From a virus, in IMG/VR virus record IMGVR_UViG_3300045918_000470, positions 1-64,000 of that record: DNA of 64,000 nucleotides; one strand, 5' to 3'. Positions 29,487 to 39,551 of the stretch are shown here, piece by piece (within the stretch, counting starts at the first letter, position 1; each line of letters begins with the position of its first letter). The position numbers were made by a program, and so were the translations under genes. Under the pieces are notes generated by a model, which saw only the letters and a program-made list of their open reading frames with translations, ran no database searches and was not told the DNA's origin.

Positions 29487-32400
29487 ATGGCAACAGCTAA
29501 ATTTGTAACAACTATAACTAATCATGTAAGTTCAGGCACTATGTCGGGTGCATCATTGAGTAAACTTGTAGATTTAAAAAATGCTGCACAAGCAAGTTGT
29601 ATGGCAGAGACAAAATTTCTAACAGATGCATTGAAAGCATATAAACAACTTACACATTTACTTAACGCAACATCATGTACTGTTCATTTAAGTACATTTG
29701 ATTTTGCCGGTCGTGTTGCAATGGGAGATTTTCTTAATGATACATTAATGGAAGAATTTGGTACAAATCCCGATAAAGCTTTATCAGGAGCAGTGAATCT
29801 TATTAATTCAGCATGTTCATCAATCAATGGAATTATGGGTATGATTAACATGCTCAAAGATTTCCTTCTTGCATTATATCGCCTAATGGATTTTCTAAAA
29901 GGATTAGGAGATTTTGGTATTGAATGTCATTTTGGCGAGTTAGAATTATTGTTAGGTCAAACTAATAAACCCACACCAGGGGTATTTTCCTTCCCAGTTT
30001 CAATACAGACACATTTTGATAACTCAGCAAGAATTTTGAGTAAAATGTATGGTAATGCATCATCAGGTGTCCCATCTGCATTATCATATTCAGAAGCACA
30101 ATTATCACGAGATCCAGTTCTTGCAATAGATTCTGTTAGTGGTATCGAAATTACATCAGCAATGATACTACAAAATAGTCTTGTCAATCCTAATAGCCTA
30201 GTGTATGATCCTGATATTTCATTCATGTATGATAAAGGATTAAGATTTGGTCAGGCACTTGTAGATATGCAATCACGTGTAGCAAATGGGTTGATCATGG
30301 ATGCAGGAGATATTGCTACTGCTGAATTAATGTCTATTGGGACGTGTAGTATAGATGGATATTCTGATAAAACATCATGTGAGACGGCAGGAGGAGTATG
30401 GACTGTAATATCAACCCTTGCAAAAACAACGGCAAAAATTCCTAGAACATTACAAATATCTGCAATGAGTGAATTATTCGATACAACGGTTGAGTCAAAG
30501 GATAATGTTCTAAATACATCTACCGGTATTACATACATCAGATCATATGAAACATTGCCACTAACTATTGATCTAATGTCCGTGCAAGGAGTTGCAGGTT
30601 CTGTACCACCATACCATTACACTTTATCAATTCAAAGCAAAAATGCTGATAGTAGTTATATATCATTACAGTCGATTCCAGGTCTAGAGCAAAAATTAGT
30701 TACCGTCACAAGCGATTATAATTCTTCCTTATTAAAATTATTAAATGCTAAAAATAGTCTTGCGGATGCTATTACTAAAGCATCAGATGTTGGTACACCT
30801 CCATCCGTACTTTCAACATATACATCTTTAATGAATTCATATGATTCTAAATCAGGAAACATTACAGACAAATACAATATCGTTAATAATAACCCAAATA
30901 AAATTGGACAGTTAAAATGGTTAATTGATTTAGGAAACCAAGCAATCACAAATGGCGTAGATCATGCAACCCTAAATAACGGAACAACTGGATTAGTTAC
31001 GTTGACATTTCCTATAAAGAGTTTTGATACAACACCAGGTGCATTTAATGATATAACTAATTCAAATGAATTTATAAGCACAGATATCACAAATGTAAAT
31101 TCATATCTTAATCAGATTCAACAGTTTTATAATGAGAGTAATGTATTAGATAATTTTATAACTGATCTTTCATCAAAAACTAGAGATCTAATATTAGTGT
31201 ATAATGATTTTCAATCAAAGAATGCATTGTCAGATCAGATATATTATGGTGTACATAAACCATATGTGTTTCCAGGAAAAGGAACAATCAGAACCGGTGA
31301 TGCTAAAGTTTATGTATCATTTTCTAAACCTCATACTGAAATTCTAAATGATATTCCAGATAATATTACATTGAATTTGTTTCATGGTGATGTATTTTAT
31401 GATAATACTAATGATAATGGTATAACGGTAAAAATGTATTTGAGAGTGTTGGGATCTGTTCCTAATTATTATAATTATAAATGGGTAGATATCGGGTCAA
31501 CTGTTTCTATTGATAAAGATATATCAGGAACACCAATTCCAATAACTATTACAATAGATCCTACTGTGTTTGCATCAATTGATAGTAAGACAAATATATA
31601 TACATCAGGTGATGGTATAGATCCTTCATTGAATTGGAGTGTGTATAAATCTTGGATTAATATCGGGGATGTTTGGTTAGATTCAAGTAATATAACCATA
31701 GGTCTTTTACAAAAAGTATATATTTACGATTCAGGATTAGAATCGTTTAAATGGACAGCATTACTATCAAATAATGCGCCGGCACTAGTTCCTAATAATA
31801 TTACAACGTTAGAAGATTCAATAATCACTGGTAATCTATTATCTTCAGCTTTTGATATGGAGAATGATGTAATCACATTAGTCTCCGTAACCGTTGCAGG
31901 TGTTGAAACAAATGCGATAAATGGATCAAATGTAAATGTAACCATATCTAACTCGTTAGGTATTTTCACATTAATAAGTGATACGGGTGATTATATCTTT
32001 ACTCCTACAGCAAATAAGAATACCAATACAACGTTTAGTTTTACTTATAAAGCAAAGGATTCTAAAGGTGCTGTTTCAACGTCAATATTCTCAATCGCAA
32101 TAACACCTGTAAATGACCCACCTCAGGTTTCAGGACCGATAGATGTAATATATCTAACATCCCAAGTGGCAACAACAATTGATTTATTATCAAATACAAC
32201 TGATATAGACCTCGATATTATAAGTATTGACGATTTAGGAAAGGTTTCAGGTAATGATTCAAATTTTGTTAATTATAACAAATATACACGAGTATTAGAA
32301 TTTAATCCAACATATTTCGTGGATATTTTAAAACGTGATGAGATTAATAATGTATTATTGACATACTCAGTAACAGATAATAAATCAGCGAAAGTACCAA

Positions 32401-33386
32401 CATCAGCATCAATTAAATTTAAAGGTATTAATCATCCACCGATAATATCAGGCCCAATTTCAAAACTATTTCTGGTAACAGATGCAGTGTCAGATGTTCA
32501 TCTTGATCAAAATGCAACAGATTTTGATGGGGATATTTTGCGTGTTGATTCCGTTGGGTTCACAGTAACAGGTGATGAAGTAGGAATTACGAGGGTTCTT
32601 TCATCGAATAAGGTAACAGTCAATCCATCATTATATAGTTCATTGAAGCGTGATCAGACATCCGTTGTAACATATTCATATCATCTATTAGATGCTATTA
32701 ATGCACAATCATCAGGAACAACGGCAACTATAACTATTAAAGGTATTAATCATCCACCGATAGTTTCCAACGATATTATAGTTAATAAAATAACTACAGA
32801 TGCATCATTTGATATTATGTTAGATCAAAATGCAACAGATTTTGATGGTGATATACTTTCCATTGATCCATTAGATTTTAATGCAACTGGAAATGAAAAT
32901 GGTATTACAAGAGTTCTTGCATCAAATAAGGTAACAGTTACGCCACAACAATATCATAATATATTAAAACGTGATGAAACGTTAGATATTGTTTATACAT
33001 ATTATGTACTTGATTCAGTATCAGTTCGTTCTAATATGGCAACGACAAAAGTAACATTAAAAGGTGTTAATCACCCACCTGTTATTTCAGGTAATATAAC
33101 AGTAAATAAATTGACTTCAGATACCACATTTGATATTATGTTAGATCAATTCGCTACAGATTTTGATGGTGATATACTTTCTGTTGACCCATTAGATTTT
33201 AATGCAACTGGAAATGAAACTGGTATTACTAGGGTTCTTTCATCGAATAAGGTAACAGTCAATCCTTCATTATATACCTTGGCAACAGGTGTACACAGTG
33301 TTATCACATATACCTATTATGTACTCGATGAAGTTTCCGCACGCTCAAATCTTGCTACGCTTACAATTACAATTACTGGTGCATAA
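29487..33386 (+). CDS. Large virion protein with C-terminal cadherin/Ig-like repeats
   Basis: Tandem domains with NHPP/NDPP starts and ATDFDGDIL motifs. Confidence 0.6.
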   Translation: MATAKFVTTITNHVSSGTMSGASLSKLVDLKNAAQASCMAETKFLTDALKAYKQLTHLLNATSCTVHLSTFDFAGRVAMGDFLNDTLMEEFGTNPDKALSGAVNLINSACSSINGIMGMINMLKDFLLALYRLMDFLKGLGDFGIECHFGELELLLGQTNKPTPGVFSFPVSIQTHFDNSARILSKMYGNASSGVPSALSYSEAQLSRDPVLAIDSVSGIEITSAMILQNSLVNPNSLVYDPDISFMYDKGLRFGQALVDMQSRVANGLIMDAGDIATAELMSIGTCSIDGYSDKTSCETAGGVWTVISTLAKTTAKIPRTLQISAMSELFDTTVESKDNVLNTSTGITYIRSYETLPLTIDLMSVQGVAGSVPPYHYTLSIQSKNADSSYISLQSIPGLEQKLVTVTSDYNSSLLKLLNAKNSLADAITKASDVGTPPSVLSTYTSLMNSYDSKSGNITDKYNIVNNNPNKIGQLKWLIDLGNQAITNGVDHATLNNGTTGLVTLTFPIKSFDTTPGAFNDITNSNEFISTDITNVNSYLNQIQQFYNESNVLDNFITDLSSKTRDLILVYNDFQSKNALSDQIYYGVHKPYVFPGKGTIRTGDAKVYVSFSKPHTEILNDIPDNITLNLFHGDVFYDNTNDNGITVKMYLRVLGSVPNYYNYKWVDIGSTVSIDKDISGTPIPITITIDPTVFASIDSKTNIYTSGDGIDPSLNWSVYKSWINIGDVWLDSSNITIGLLQKVYIYDSGLESFKWTALLSNNAPALVPNNITTLEDSIITGNLLSSAFDMENDVITLVSVTVAGVETNAINGSNVNVTISNSLGIFTLISDTGDYIFTPTANKNTNTTFSFTYKAKDSKGAVSTSIFSIAITPVNDPPQVSGPIDVIYLTSQVATTIDLLSNTTDIDLDIISIDDLGKVSGNDSNFVNYNKYTRVLEFNPTYFVDILKRDEINNVLLTYSVTDNKSAKVPTSASIKFKGINHPPIISGPISKLFLVTDAVSDVHLDQNATDFDGDILRVDSVGFTVTGDEVGITRVLSSNKVTVNPSLYSSLKRDQTSVVTYSYHLLDAINAQSSGTTATITIKGINHPPIVSNDIIVNKITTDASFDIMLDQNATDFDGDILSIDPLDFNATGNENGITRVLASNKVTVTPQQYHNILKRDETLDIVYTYYVLDSVSVRSNMATTKVTLKGVNHPPVISGNITVNKLTSDTTFDIMLDQFATDFDGDILSVDPLDFNATGNETGITRVLSSNKVTVNPSLYTLATGVHSVITYTYYVLDEVSARSNLATLTITITGA

Positions 33387-33405
33387 ATAATCTAAAAGGA
33401 TTATT

Positions 33406-33687
33406 ATGCCTCCAGTATCTCGCATAAATGACCCAGTACAACATGGTTGCTATGGTGGTCACGTCCTCAATTCCGGTTCAGGGAATGTATTCGCAAACGG
33501 TATTCCAATGTCAAGAATAGGCGATACTGTTACCGTCCACTGTTGTGGTCCCGCATGTCATAGCGGAGCACATTGTACGGGTTCTGGAAAAGTATTCACA
33601 AATGGTAAACCCCAGGCAAGGATAGGTGACCCTATAGATTGTGGTTCTATTATTGTTGGCGGAAGCGGAAACGTATTCGCAAATTAA
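33406..33687 (+). CDS. PAAR spike-tip protein (gp5.4-like)
   Basis: PVSRIND, PMSRIGD, PQARIGD; GSGNVF. Confidence 0.9.
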   Translation: MPPVSRINDPVQHGCYGGHVLNSGSGNVFANGIPMSRIGDTVTVHCCGPACHSGAHCTGSGKVFTNGKPQARIGDPIDCGSIIVGGSGNVFAN

Positions 33688-33696
33688 AGGAAAAAT

Positions 33697-33942
33697 ATGT
33701 TAAAAGAGTATTCGGAAGCAGTTAAAAATCTACCTGAGATAAAAAAATCTACAGATGTATTAACTCGTGAGGAAAAGTTAGACCAATTACTTTCTATATT
33801 TGATGGTATAGAGGAAATCAATGGTTATACGATAATAAAATTTAATAAAAAAGTAATAATCGCTTCAGACAATGATATTGCATTAGTTTCTAAAAAAAAT
33901 ATTATGTTTAAAACAATTGACGGTGCATTATTTTTAAATTGA
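33697..33942 (+). CDS. Hypothetical protein
   Basis: ORF with AAGGA RBS. Confidence 0.5.
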   Translation: MLKEYSEAVKNLPEIKKSTDVLTREEKLDQLLSIFDGIEEINGYTIIKFNKKVIIASDNDIALVSKKNIMFKTIDGALFLN

Positions 33943-33967
33943 ATAAATAATTAAAAAAGGAGTATCA

Positions 33968-34318
33968 ATGAAATTTGTAGATATGTCTCCCGACTTTCTT
34001 GGTTATTTGATCTCCGACAAAGATGCCATTAGAAATGCAATTAAAAATATAATTCTTATACGAAAATATTCTCTAATGGGAAATCCTTCAATGGGTTCAA
34101 AAGCAATGAATATTATATTTTCAGGGTTTGATGATCTCGATGCAGCGATGTTTAAAATGGAGATCATGACTGTTTTAAAAAATAAAGAACCAAGAATTAA
34201 TGTACTTGACGTGATCATGGACAGAAATGATAATCATGAGATAAACGTTAATATTCTTTATAGTATAAAGAATTCACTAATCGATTCAGTAGAAACTGTT
34301 CGTTTAAATTTAAATTAA
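33968..34318 (+). CDS. gp25: Baseplate wedge gp25-like
   Basis: DAIRNAIKNII..P.MGS..EPRINVLDV. Confidence 0.85.
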   Translation: MKFVDMSPDFLGYLISDKDAIRNAIKNIILIRKYSLMGNPSMGSKAMNIIFSGFDDLDAAMFKMEIMTVLKNKEPRINVLDVIMDRNDNHEINVNILYSIKNSLIDSVETVRLNLN

Positions 34319-34327
34319 GAGGTTACA

Positions 34328-36667
34328 ATGATAGAGGTTGTCCCATTCAATTTTGAGGAAATTTCACTTGCATTAAAAGAAAAAGTGAAAGCTTCAAATG
34401 TTTTTACTGATGTCGATTATGAAGGATCAAATATCTCTGTCTTGATCAGTCTACTTGCAAGTGCAGCTCAGATCGTAAATGCTAATACAAACTTTGGTGT
34501 TAATGAGATGATTCTAAATGATGCAACAGACAGAACAAACATTCTTAAATCTGCAAGAAATATTGGGTATGAGGCATTAAAAGCAAAATCTGCTGAATTT
34601 GAAATCACCCTTGTTCCTGCAATTGCAATTTCTGAATGGCCTTCAGATACAATAACAATCACCGTGCATAAGTACACACGATTCAAAGCAAACAATGGAA
34701 TGTATTGTTATTACATGGGTCCTGATATTGAACGTATTATTTCTCGTGAGGACGTTCTTAACTATAATGATAATTCTCGAGTTACGATTCGTGTTAAAGA
34801 GGGAACTCTTATTATGCAATCAGAACGTGGTGACTTTAACTATGTTATTGGTACATTTGTTGACTACAATGGCGAACTAAAAACGGAGTCATCAATTCTT
34901 GTATATGAAGATGCAGTTGAAGAAGATGGTATTGAAGTATTTGTTACATCGGCAGAAGATATTCAAGTATATTTTCAATTGAGTACTCCTACGATGGTGC
35001 CAAAAGGATCACTTTGGGTTCAGACTGAATTTTCAAATGGATTAATCAAAGATATACTAGCAGATACAGATGTTTATATTGCAAAATCTGATGATTCTTC
35101 AAGTATTATGAAAGGAGAATGGGAATTTTTAAGTTCGTGGAAAAATTCAACAAATAGTATTATTAATAATTATAAAAGTAATCCTATGCTTGATATACAA
35201 GCAGTTGAACCTATGATTGATAGACCATTCCATAAAAGAACATATTTTGTTATCGATGATGAAGTTGATAACAATAAAGATTCATTCCTTCCATTAATGG
35301 ATTTCGATACTGGGTTTATTCGTGTGTATTTCAGATATGGAAACACAGGTAAGAGTTTATATCCAGGTTCTAGAGTATCTGTAAATGTATTGAAAACTAG
35401 TGGGGCATTAGGAAACAATATTACAACTATTGATATTGAAGATACGATTCTAAAAGCAAATACTGTAATAGAACCTGGCTCTGCGCCGAGAATGGTTGCA
35501 GTAGGTACTAATGAGGAAACCAACGAAGATATCAAGATAAATGCACCGATTTTTTATAATACAGCAAATCGTGCCGTTACAGCAATGGATTATAAAGCGA
35601 TATGTGAAAGACGTACTGAGGTCCAACGATGTATAGTTTATGGTGGTGAGGATAAAATTGAAAAAGAGATAGGTAATGTATATCTATCATTTTTATCATC
35701 AATAACATCAAACAACTCAGACAAATTTAATCATGATGTCGATAATAATGTATTCAGATTGATCAACAACGATATATATGACAATGCAACGGGAATAGTA
35801 ATTGAACCAAATGCAAGCACATTTTATAATAATCAATTTTATCTAAGTGATACAAATGTGAATGATATTTTGAAATATCTTGAGCGTTATAAGATTATGA
35901 CAATGAAGCTCATTCATGTAAATCCCGTGTTTATAGATTGTGATATTATGATCAAAGTTATGCGTTATATAAACGATAGTAAATCTACGCAGATGTCATT
36001 ATTTAATGTAATAAATTCGTATTTTAAATCAGATATGAATGAATTTGGTGTAGAGTATTTTAATTCAAATGTTATAAGAATGGTAGATGGGCAGTTTGGA
36101 AATATATCAGGTGTAGATATCAATGTTGAATATTCTATTAATCTAAGCACAGGAAATATGATCAGTGTTGGTGATAATTTTATGTTTCAATTTTATCTTG
36201 AATTACCATTTGAAGCAATGTATAATGAGTCGACACCTGAAAAATTACTGATTGTTGAAAATATGCCAAATATTGATACAGTAGATTTCATCAAGAATTA
36301 TGATGTAACACTAGATCATTCATTGATTGTTGATTATACTCGTGTTAAACATACAATTGATCTAAATGCACCTTATCAGGTAAATGATATATCTGAAATT
36401 TCAGAACTTGATGTTTTACCTATTGTTTACGCAGGAAAAGATGTTGGACAGTATATTATAAGAAATGGTGTTCTAGATAGCGACAATTATATTAGAGTTG
36501 ATATTTGGATAAATAATGGTGGTAACGGAACAGATGTATTTGCTAACTCATCATTGTTAAAAAGTTATTTTAACCAACCACAAAAAATTCGTCTTGCAAA
36601 TAAAACTGATAATGTTAGATTTTTCAGAAACAGCATTCCACGTCTAAATAGTGTACAATTTATTTAA
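34328..36667 (+). CDS. gp6: Baseplate wedge gp6-like
   Basis: FTDVDYEGSNISVL..ARNIGY..ETNEDIKINAP..NRAVTAMDY..GGE. Confidence 0.9.
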   Translation: MIEVVPFNFEEISLALKEKVKASNVFTDVDYEGSNISVLISLLASAAQIVNANTNFGVNEMILNDATDRTNILKSARNIGYEALKAKSAEFEITLVPAIAISEWPSDTITITVHKYTRFKANNGMYCYYMGPDIERIISREDVLNYNDNSRVTIRVKEGTLIMQSERGDFNYVIGTFVDYNGELKTESSILVYEDAVEEDGIEVFVTSAEDIQVYFQLSTPTMVPKGSLWVQTEFSNGLIKDILADTDVYIAKSDDSSSIMKGEWEFLSSWKNSTNSIINNYKSNPMLDIQAVEPMIDRPFHKRTYFVIDDEVDNNKDSFLPLMDFDTGFIRVYFRYGNTGKSLYPGSRVSVNVLKTSGALGNNITTIDIEDTILKANTVIEPGSAPRMVAVGTNEETNEDIKINAPIFYNTANRAVTAMDYKAICERRTEVQRCIVYGGEDKIEKEIGNVYLSFLSSITSNNSDKFNHDVDNNVFRLINNDIYDNATGIVIEPNASTFYNNQFYLSDTNVNDILKYLERYKIMTMKLIHVNPVFIDCDIMIKVMRYINDSKSTQMSLFNVINSYFKSDMNEFGVEYFNSNVIRMVDGQFGNISGVDINVEYSINLSTGNMISVGDNFMFQFYLELPFEAMYNESTPEKLLIVENMPNIDTVDFIKNYDVTLDHSLIVDYTRVKHTIDLNAPYQVNDISEISELDVLPIVYAGKDVGQYIIRNGVLDSDNYIRVDIWINNGGNGTDVFANSSLLKSYFNQPQKIRLANKTDNVRFFRNSIPRLNSVQFI

Positions 36668-36677
36668 GTAGAGAGAT

Positions 36678-38870
36678 ATGAAAAGAGATTTTGAAATTAT
36701 TTTAAACGCATTAGTTCCTGAACACATTAAGGAGAACAATCCAGTTATCTCTGAGTTGTTCAGGATCTTCCTAGAATTTATTGATGAAACATCATACTCT
36801 AAAATCTCAAATATCGCAAATCTCGTCACAAGCATCCAAGAGGACGAGGCTGAAGATAAATCATCATTCAGTTTTCAACCAGTAAATAAAAGACAAAACA
36901 TTGAATTAAAGATGGCGTTTGTAAATCTATTCACTACAAATATAAATCATTTTTTTGATACCATTAAAAATGATCGAGAAATTGATTCAAAACTAACAAG
37001 CTATGCAAAGTTATTAGGATTAGAAAAAACTGATCTATATGATATGAGTAAATTAAATATCAATATCAATGAGGAAATCATTGCATGTTCTAAACCTTTT
37101 GCACAGACAAAAGGTACAAATATTCCTTTTGATTTTTTATCAAATCTATTAGAAAATGAAAATCTTGACCCAGGTATTACCCCTATAGGTGGAATACGTG
37201 TTAAAGACCATAGAGATCCTGAAACCGACGAACTCGTACCATGCTCTTATGAGGTAGAATCATCACTACATAATGTTGTGTTTAATCGTGCTATAAGACC
37301 AGTGGTTCATCCCGTCGGTTTCAATGTAATATACACTCGTGTGTTAAAATTATTAATGGAAGATCACTTCAATTTAAAAATTGAAAATTATGGGTTTGTA
37401 GTTACTGTAAGACAGCGCAACGGAAAAACATATTCTTGGAAAGATGAACTTGATGCAAGTGGTAATGTTAAAAATCAACTCATTAAAACATTCAAATCAG
37501 ATCTTAATGAATATGGAATAGAAGAATTAGATATTAGATTTATGACAGGAGAACGATTATATCGGACTGTAAATGGTGATCTTGTTTATTATGATAAAGA
37601 ATCTATTCCACACAAATGGTCAAAAAAATTCTATGAATTAGATTACACGTTTAAAAAACGTGTAACTGTCTTGACAAAAGACGCACAAATGGCGATACAT
37701 ACATCATATATAGACGATAATTATGATGTAGTTTATGCAGTTCATAATGGTATTGTAACAATATCACATGTACCCGTTCGTGATTATAATGTGAGGGTAG
37801 ATCATATTGACGATAATAGTTATCTTGAAGATATAAAAGATTATTTCGAACCCGATCTAACAGATCACAAAACAACGTTCCTTCCTGAGGATTTTCCAGA
37901 ACCAGAGGAAAATAGTATATTCATGGAAGAAACAATTTGGATGAATAATTCAAAAGTTTTCGGTGAAAATGGCGATCAATTCGCATACCAACTTACTGAT
38001 GCATTAAATGAATATTCACCCAAATTTTCTGAGGATGAAGAGCTGTTTTGGAACAATACAGATTATTATGTAAATCATTTTATTAAGATATTAAGTGATC
38101 TTGAAATTGACCTTGCATATAATCAGGATATGTACGATACATATGCAACACGTGAAGGAAGACGACGAATTGGTGCATGGAAAGGTTTCAGCGATCCTAG
38201 ACCACAATCAATGTGTAGGGACGTTCCATTACTTACTGGTGACATACTAATCGCAAAAATCCGTGAGTTAAAAAACATTGTAACCCAGGACAAAACAGAT
38301 ATTCTTAATATCACAGAAAGATTGAATAAGACATTAAGTTCACGTGAGGAATTTTACTTTATTATTCAAGGTGAGGATCTAATAGATTCATATATCGTTG
38401 AAGATATAACTACAATATCTGATGAAAAAAATATGACTGATACTGTTATAACAAATGATCAGATGGGAAGAACAACAATCTACATCAATATGGATAATGC
38501 TGATGGTATGGCAGTAGGTAGTGTTGGTATTGGTCAAAAACCACTTGGTTATGAGGATGCAATGGATACAGATGATGGTGCAGGTATATACACATATATT
38601 CTAACAAACGGTATCTATGTTCTTAACGATTACATTGGGTTTATTGGTGACGTATTAACACTTGATTCAGAATTGATAAATGATTACAGAACAAATATTG
38701 CAGAATTAAATATTCTTATTTCAGACAAAGAAGCAGAAATTCTTACAGTAGTAGGAATATGGGGTGTGTACACAAGAACACATCTTCGTCTTGAACGTGA
38801 CGATCTTATAAAAACAAGATCAGCATTCCAAAAAGAGTTAGATATAATTCTTAATAAATACAACAATTAA
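36678..38870 (+). CDS. Baseplate wedge gp7-like
   Basis: Follows gp6; LVPEHI..FLEF, TKGT, VVHPVGF motifs. Confidence 0.55.
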   Translation: MKRDFEIILNALVPEHIKENNPVISELFRIFLEFIDETSYSKISNIANLVTSIQEDEAEDKSSFSFQPVNKRQNIELKMAFVNLFTTNINHFFDTIKNDREIDSKLTSYAKLLGLEKTDLYDMSKLNININEEIIACSKPFAQTKGTNIPFDFLSNLLENENLDPGITPIGGIRVKDHRDPETDELVPCSYEVESSLHNVVFNRAIRPVVHPVGFNVIYTRVLKLLMEDHFNLKIENYGFVVTVRQRNGKTYSWKDELDASGNVKNQLIKTFKSDLNEYGIEELDIRFMTGERLYRTVNGDLVYYDKESIPHKWSKKFYELDYTFKKRVTVLTKDAQMAIHTSYIDDNYDVVYAVHNGIVTISHVPVRDYNVRVDHIDDNSYLEDIKDYFEPDLTDHKTTFLPEDFPEPEENSIFMEETIWMNNSKVFGENGDQFAYQLTDALNEYSPKFSEDEELFWNNTDYYVNHFIKILSDLEIDLAYNQDMYDTYATREGRRRIGAWKGFSDPRPQSMCRDVPLLTGDILIAKIRELKNIVTQDKTDILNITERLNKTLSSREEFYFIIQGEDLIDSYIVEDITTISDEKNMTDTVITNDQMGRTTIYINMDNADGMAVGSVGIGQKPLGYEDAMDTDDGAGIYTYILTNGIYVLNDYIGFIGDVLTLDSELINDYRTNIAELNILISDKEAEILTVVGIWGVYTRTHLRLERDDLIKTRSAFQKELDIILNKYNN

Positions 38871-38889
38871 AATAAAGTAAGGAAGATAT

Positions 38890-39507
38890 ATGTTATCAGA
38901 TACTATTAAATTCATAGGAGATTTCTCAATTAGCGAATACAATGCTAATGGGGATCTAATCTCAAGTTACTCAGACAAAAACCTTATCATGGATGCAGCT
39001 CGTAAGAACATGGCAGAATTGATCGCTGGTCTTGCAAACGGTAAAGTTATCAATCGATTCATTCTTGGTACACGTGGGCACGTGGGAACGGATCTATTAA
39101 CTCCTAAAGCTGTAGGTGGCTCATACACAGAAGGTAATTTTGATTCAACACGTTTGAAACTTTACTCAGAGGTTGCACCTGCAGGAACACCATATTGGTA
39201 TGTAGACTTTACACCAAGCCCATTAGGTGGAGCATCAACAATTTCAAATGTTTTCAACACGGTAAATGGGTCAGAAACACTAAATGATGTCAATGTTGCA
39301 ATCAACGTATCAGGTAAAGAAACAACTTATACTGTTACCGTCCCAGTAACAAGCGCAAACAACCCAGCAGGTCCTGTTGCATATACTGAGGCGGGATTAG
39401 TTTCTGTATCAGGTGGTGACACCGACCTTTTCAGTATGAAATGTTTCCCTGCACGTGTTAAAGAAGATACAGTAAAACTTATTATTGTATGGAAAATTAT
39501 ATTTTAA
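38890..39507 (+). CDS. Baseplate/fibre attachment protein
   Basis: KNLIMD..YTEAGL..LFSMKCFP..IVWKIIF pattern. Confidence 0.55.
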   Translation: MLSDTIKFIGDFSISEYNANGDLISSYSDKNLIMDAARKNMAELIAGLANGKVINRFILGTRGHVGTDLLTPKAVGGSYTEGNFDSTRLKLYSEVAPAGTPYWYVDFTPSPLGGASTISNVFNTVNGSETLNDVNVAINVSGKETTYTVTVPVTSANNPAGPVAYTEAGLVSVSGGDTDLFSMKCFPARVKEDTVKLIIVWKIIF

Positions 39508-39530
39508 TTTAAGTATAAATATGTTATAAT
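39508..39530 (+). promoter_or_regulatory. Early promoter of the endonuclease gene
   Basis: TTTAAG-N8-TGTTATAAT. Confidence 0.6.
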
Positions 39531-39551
39531 ATCTAATAGAGGATTTATAAC

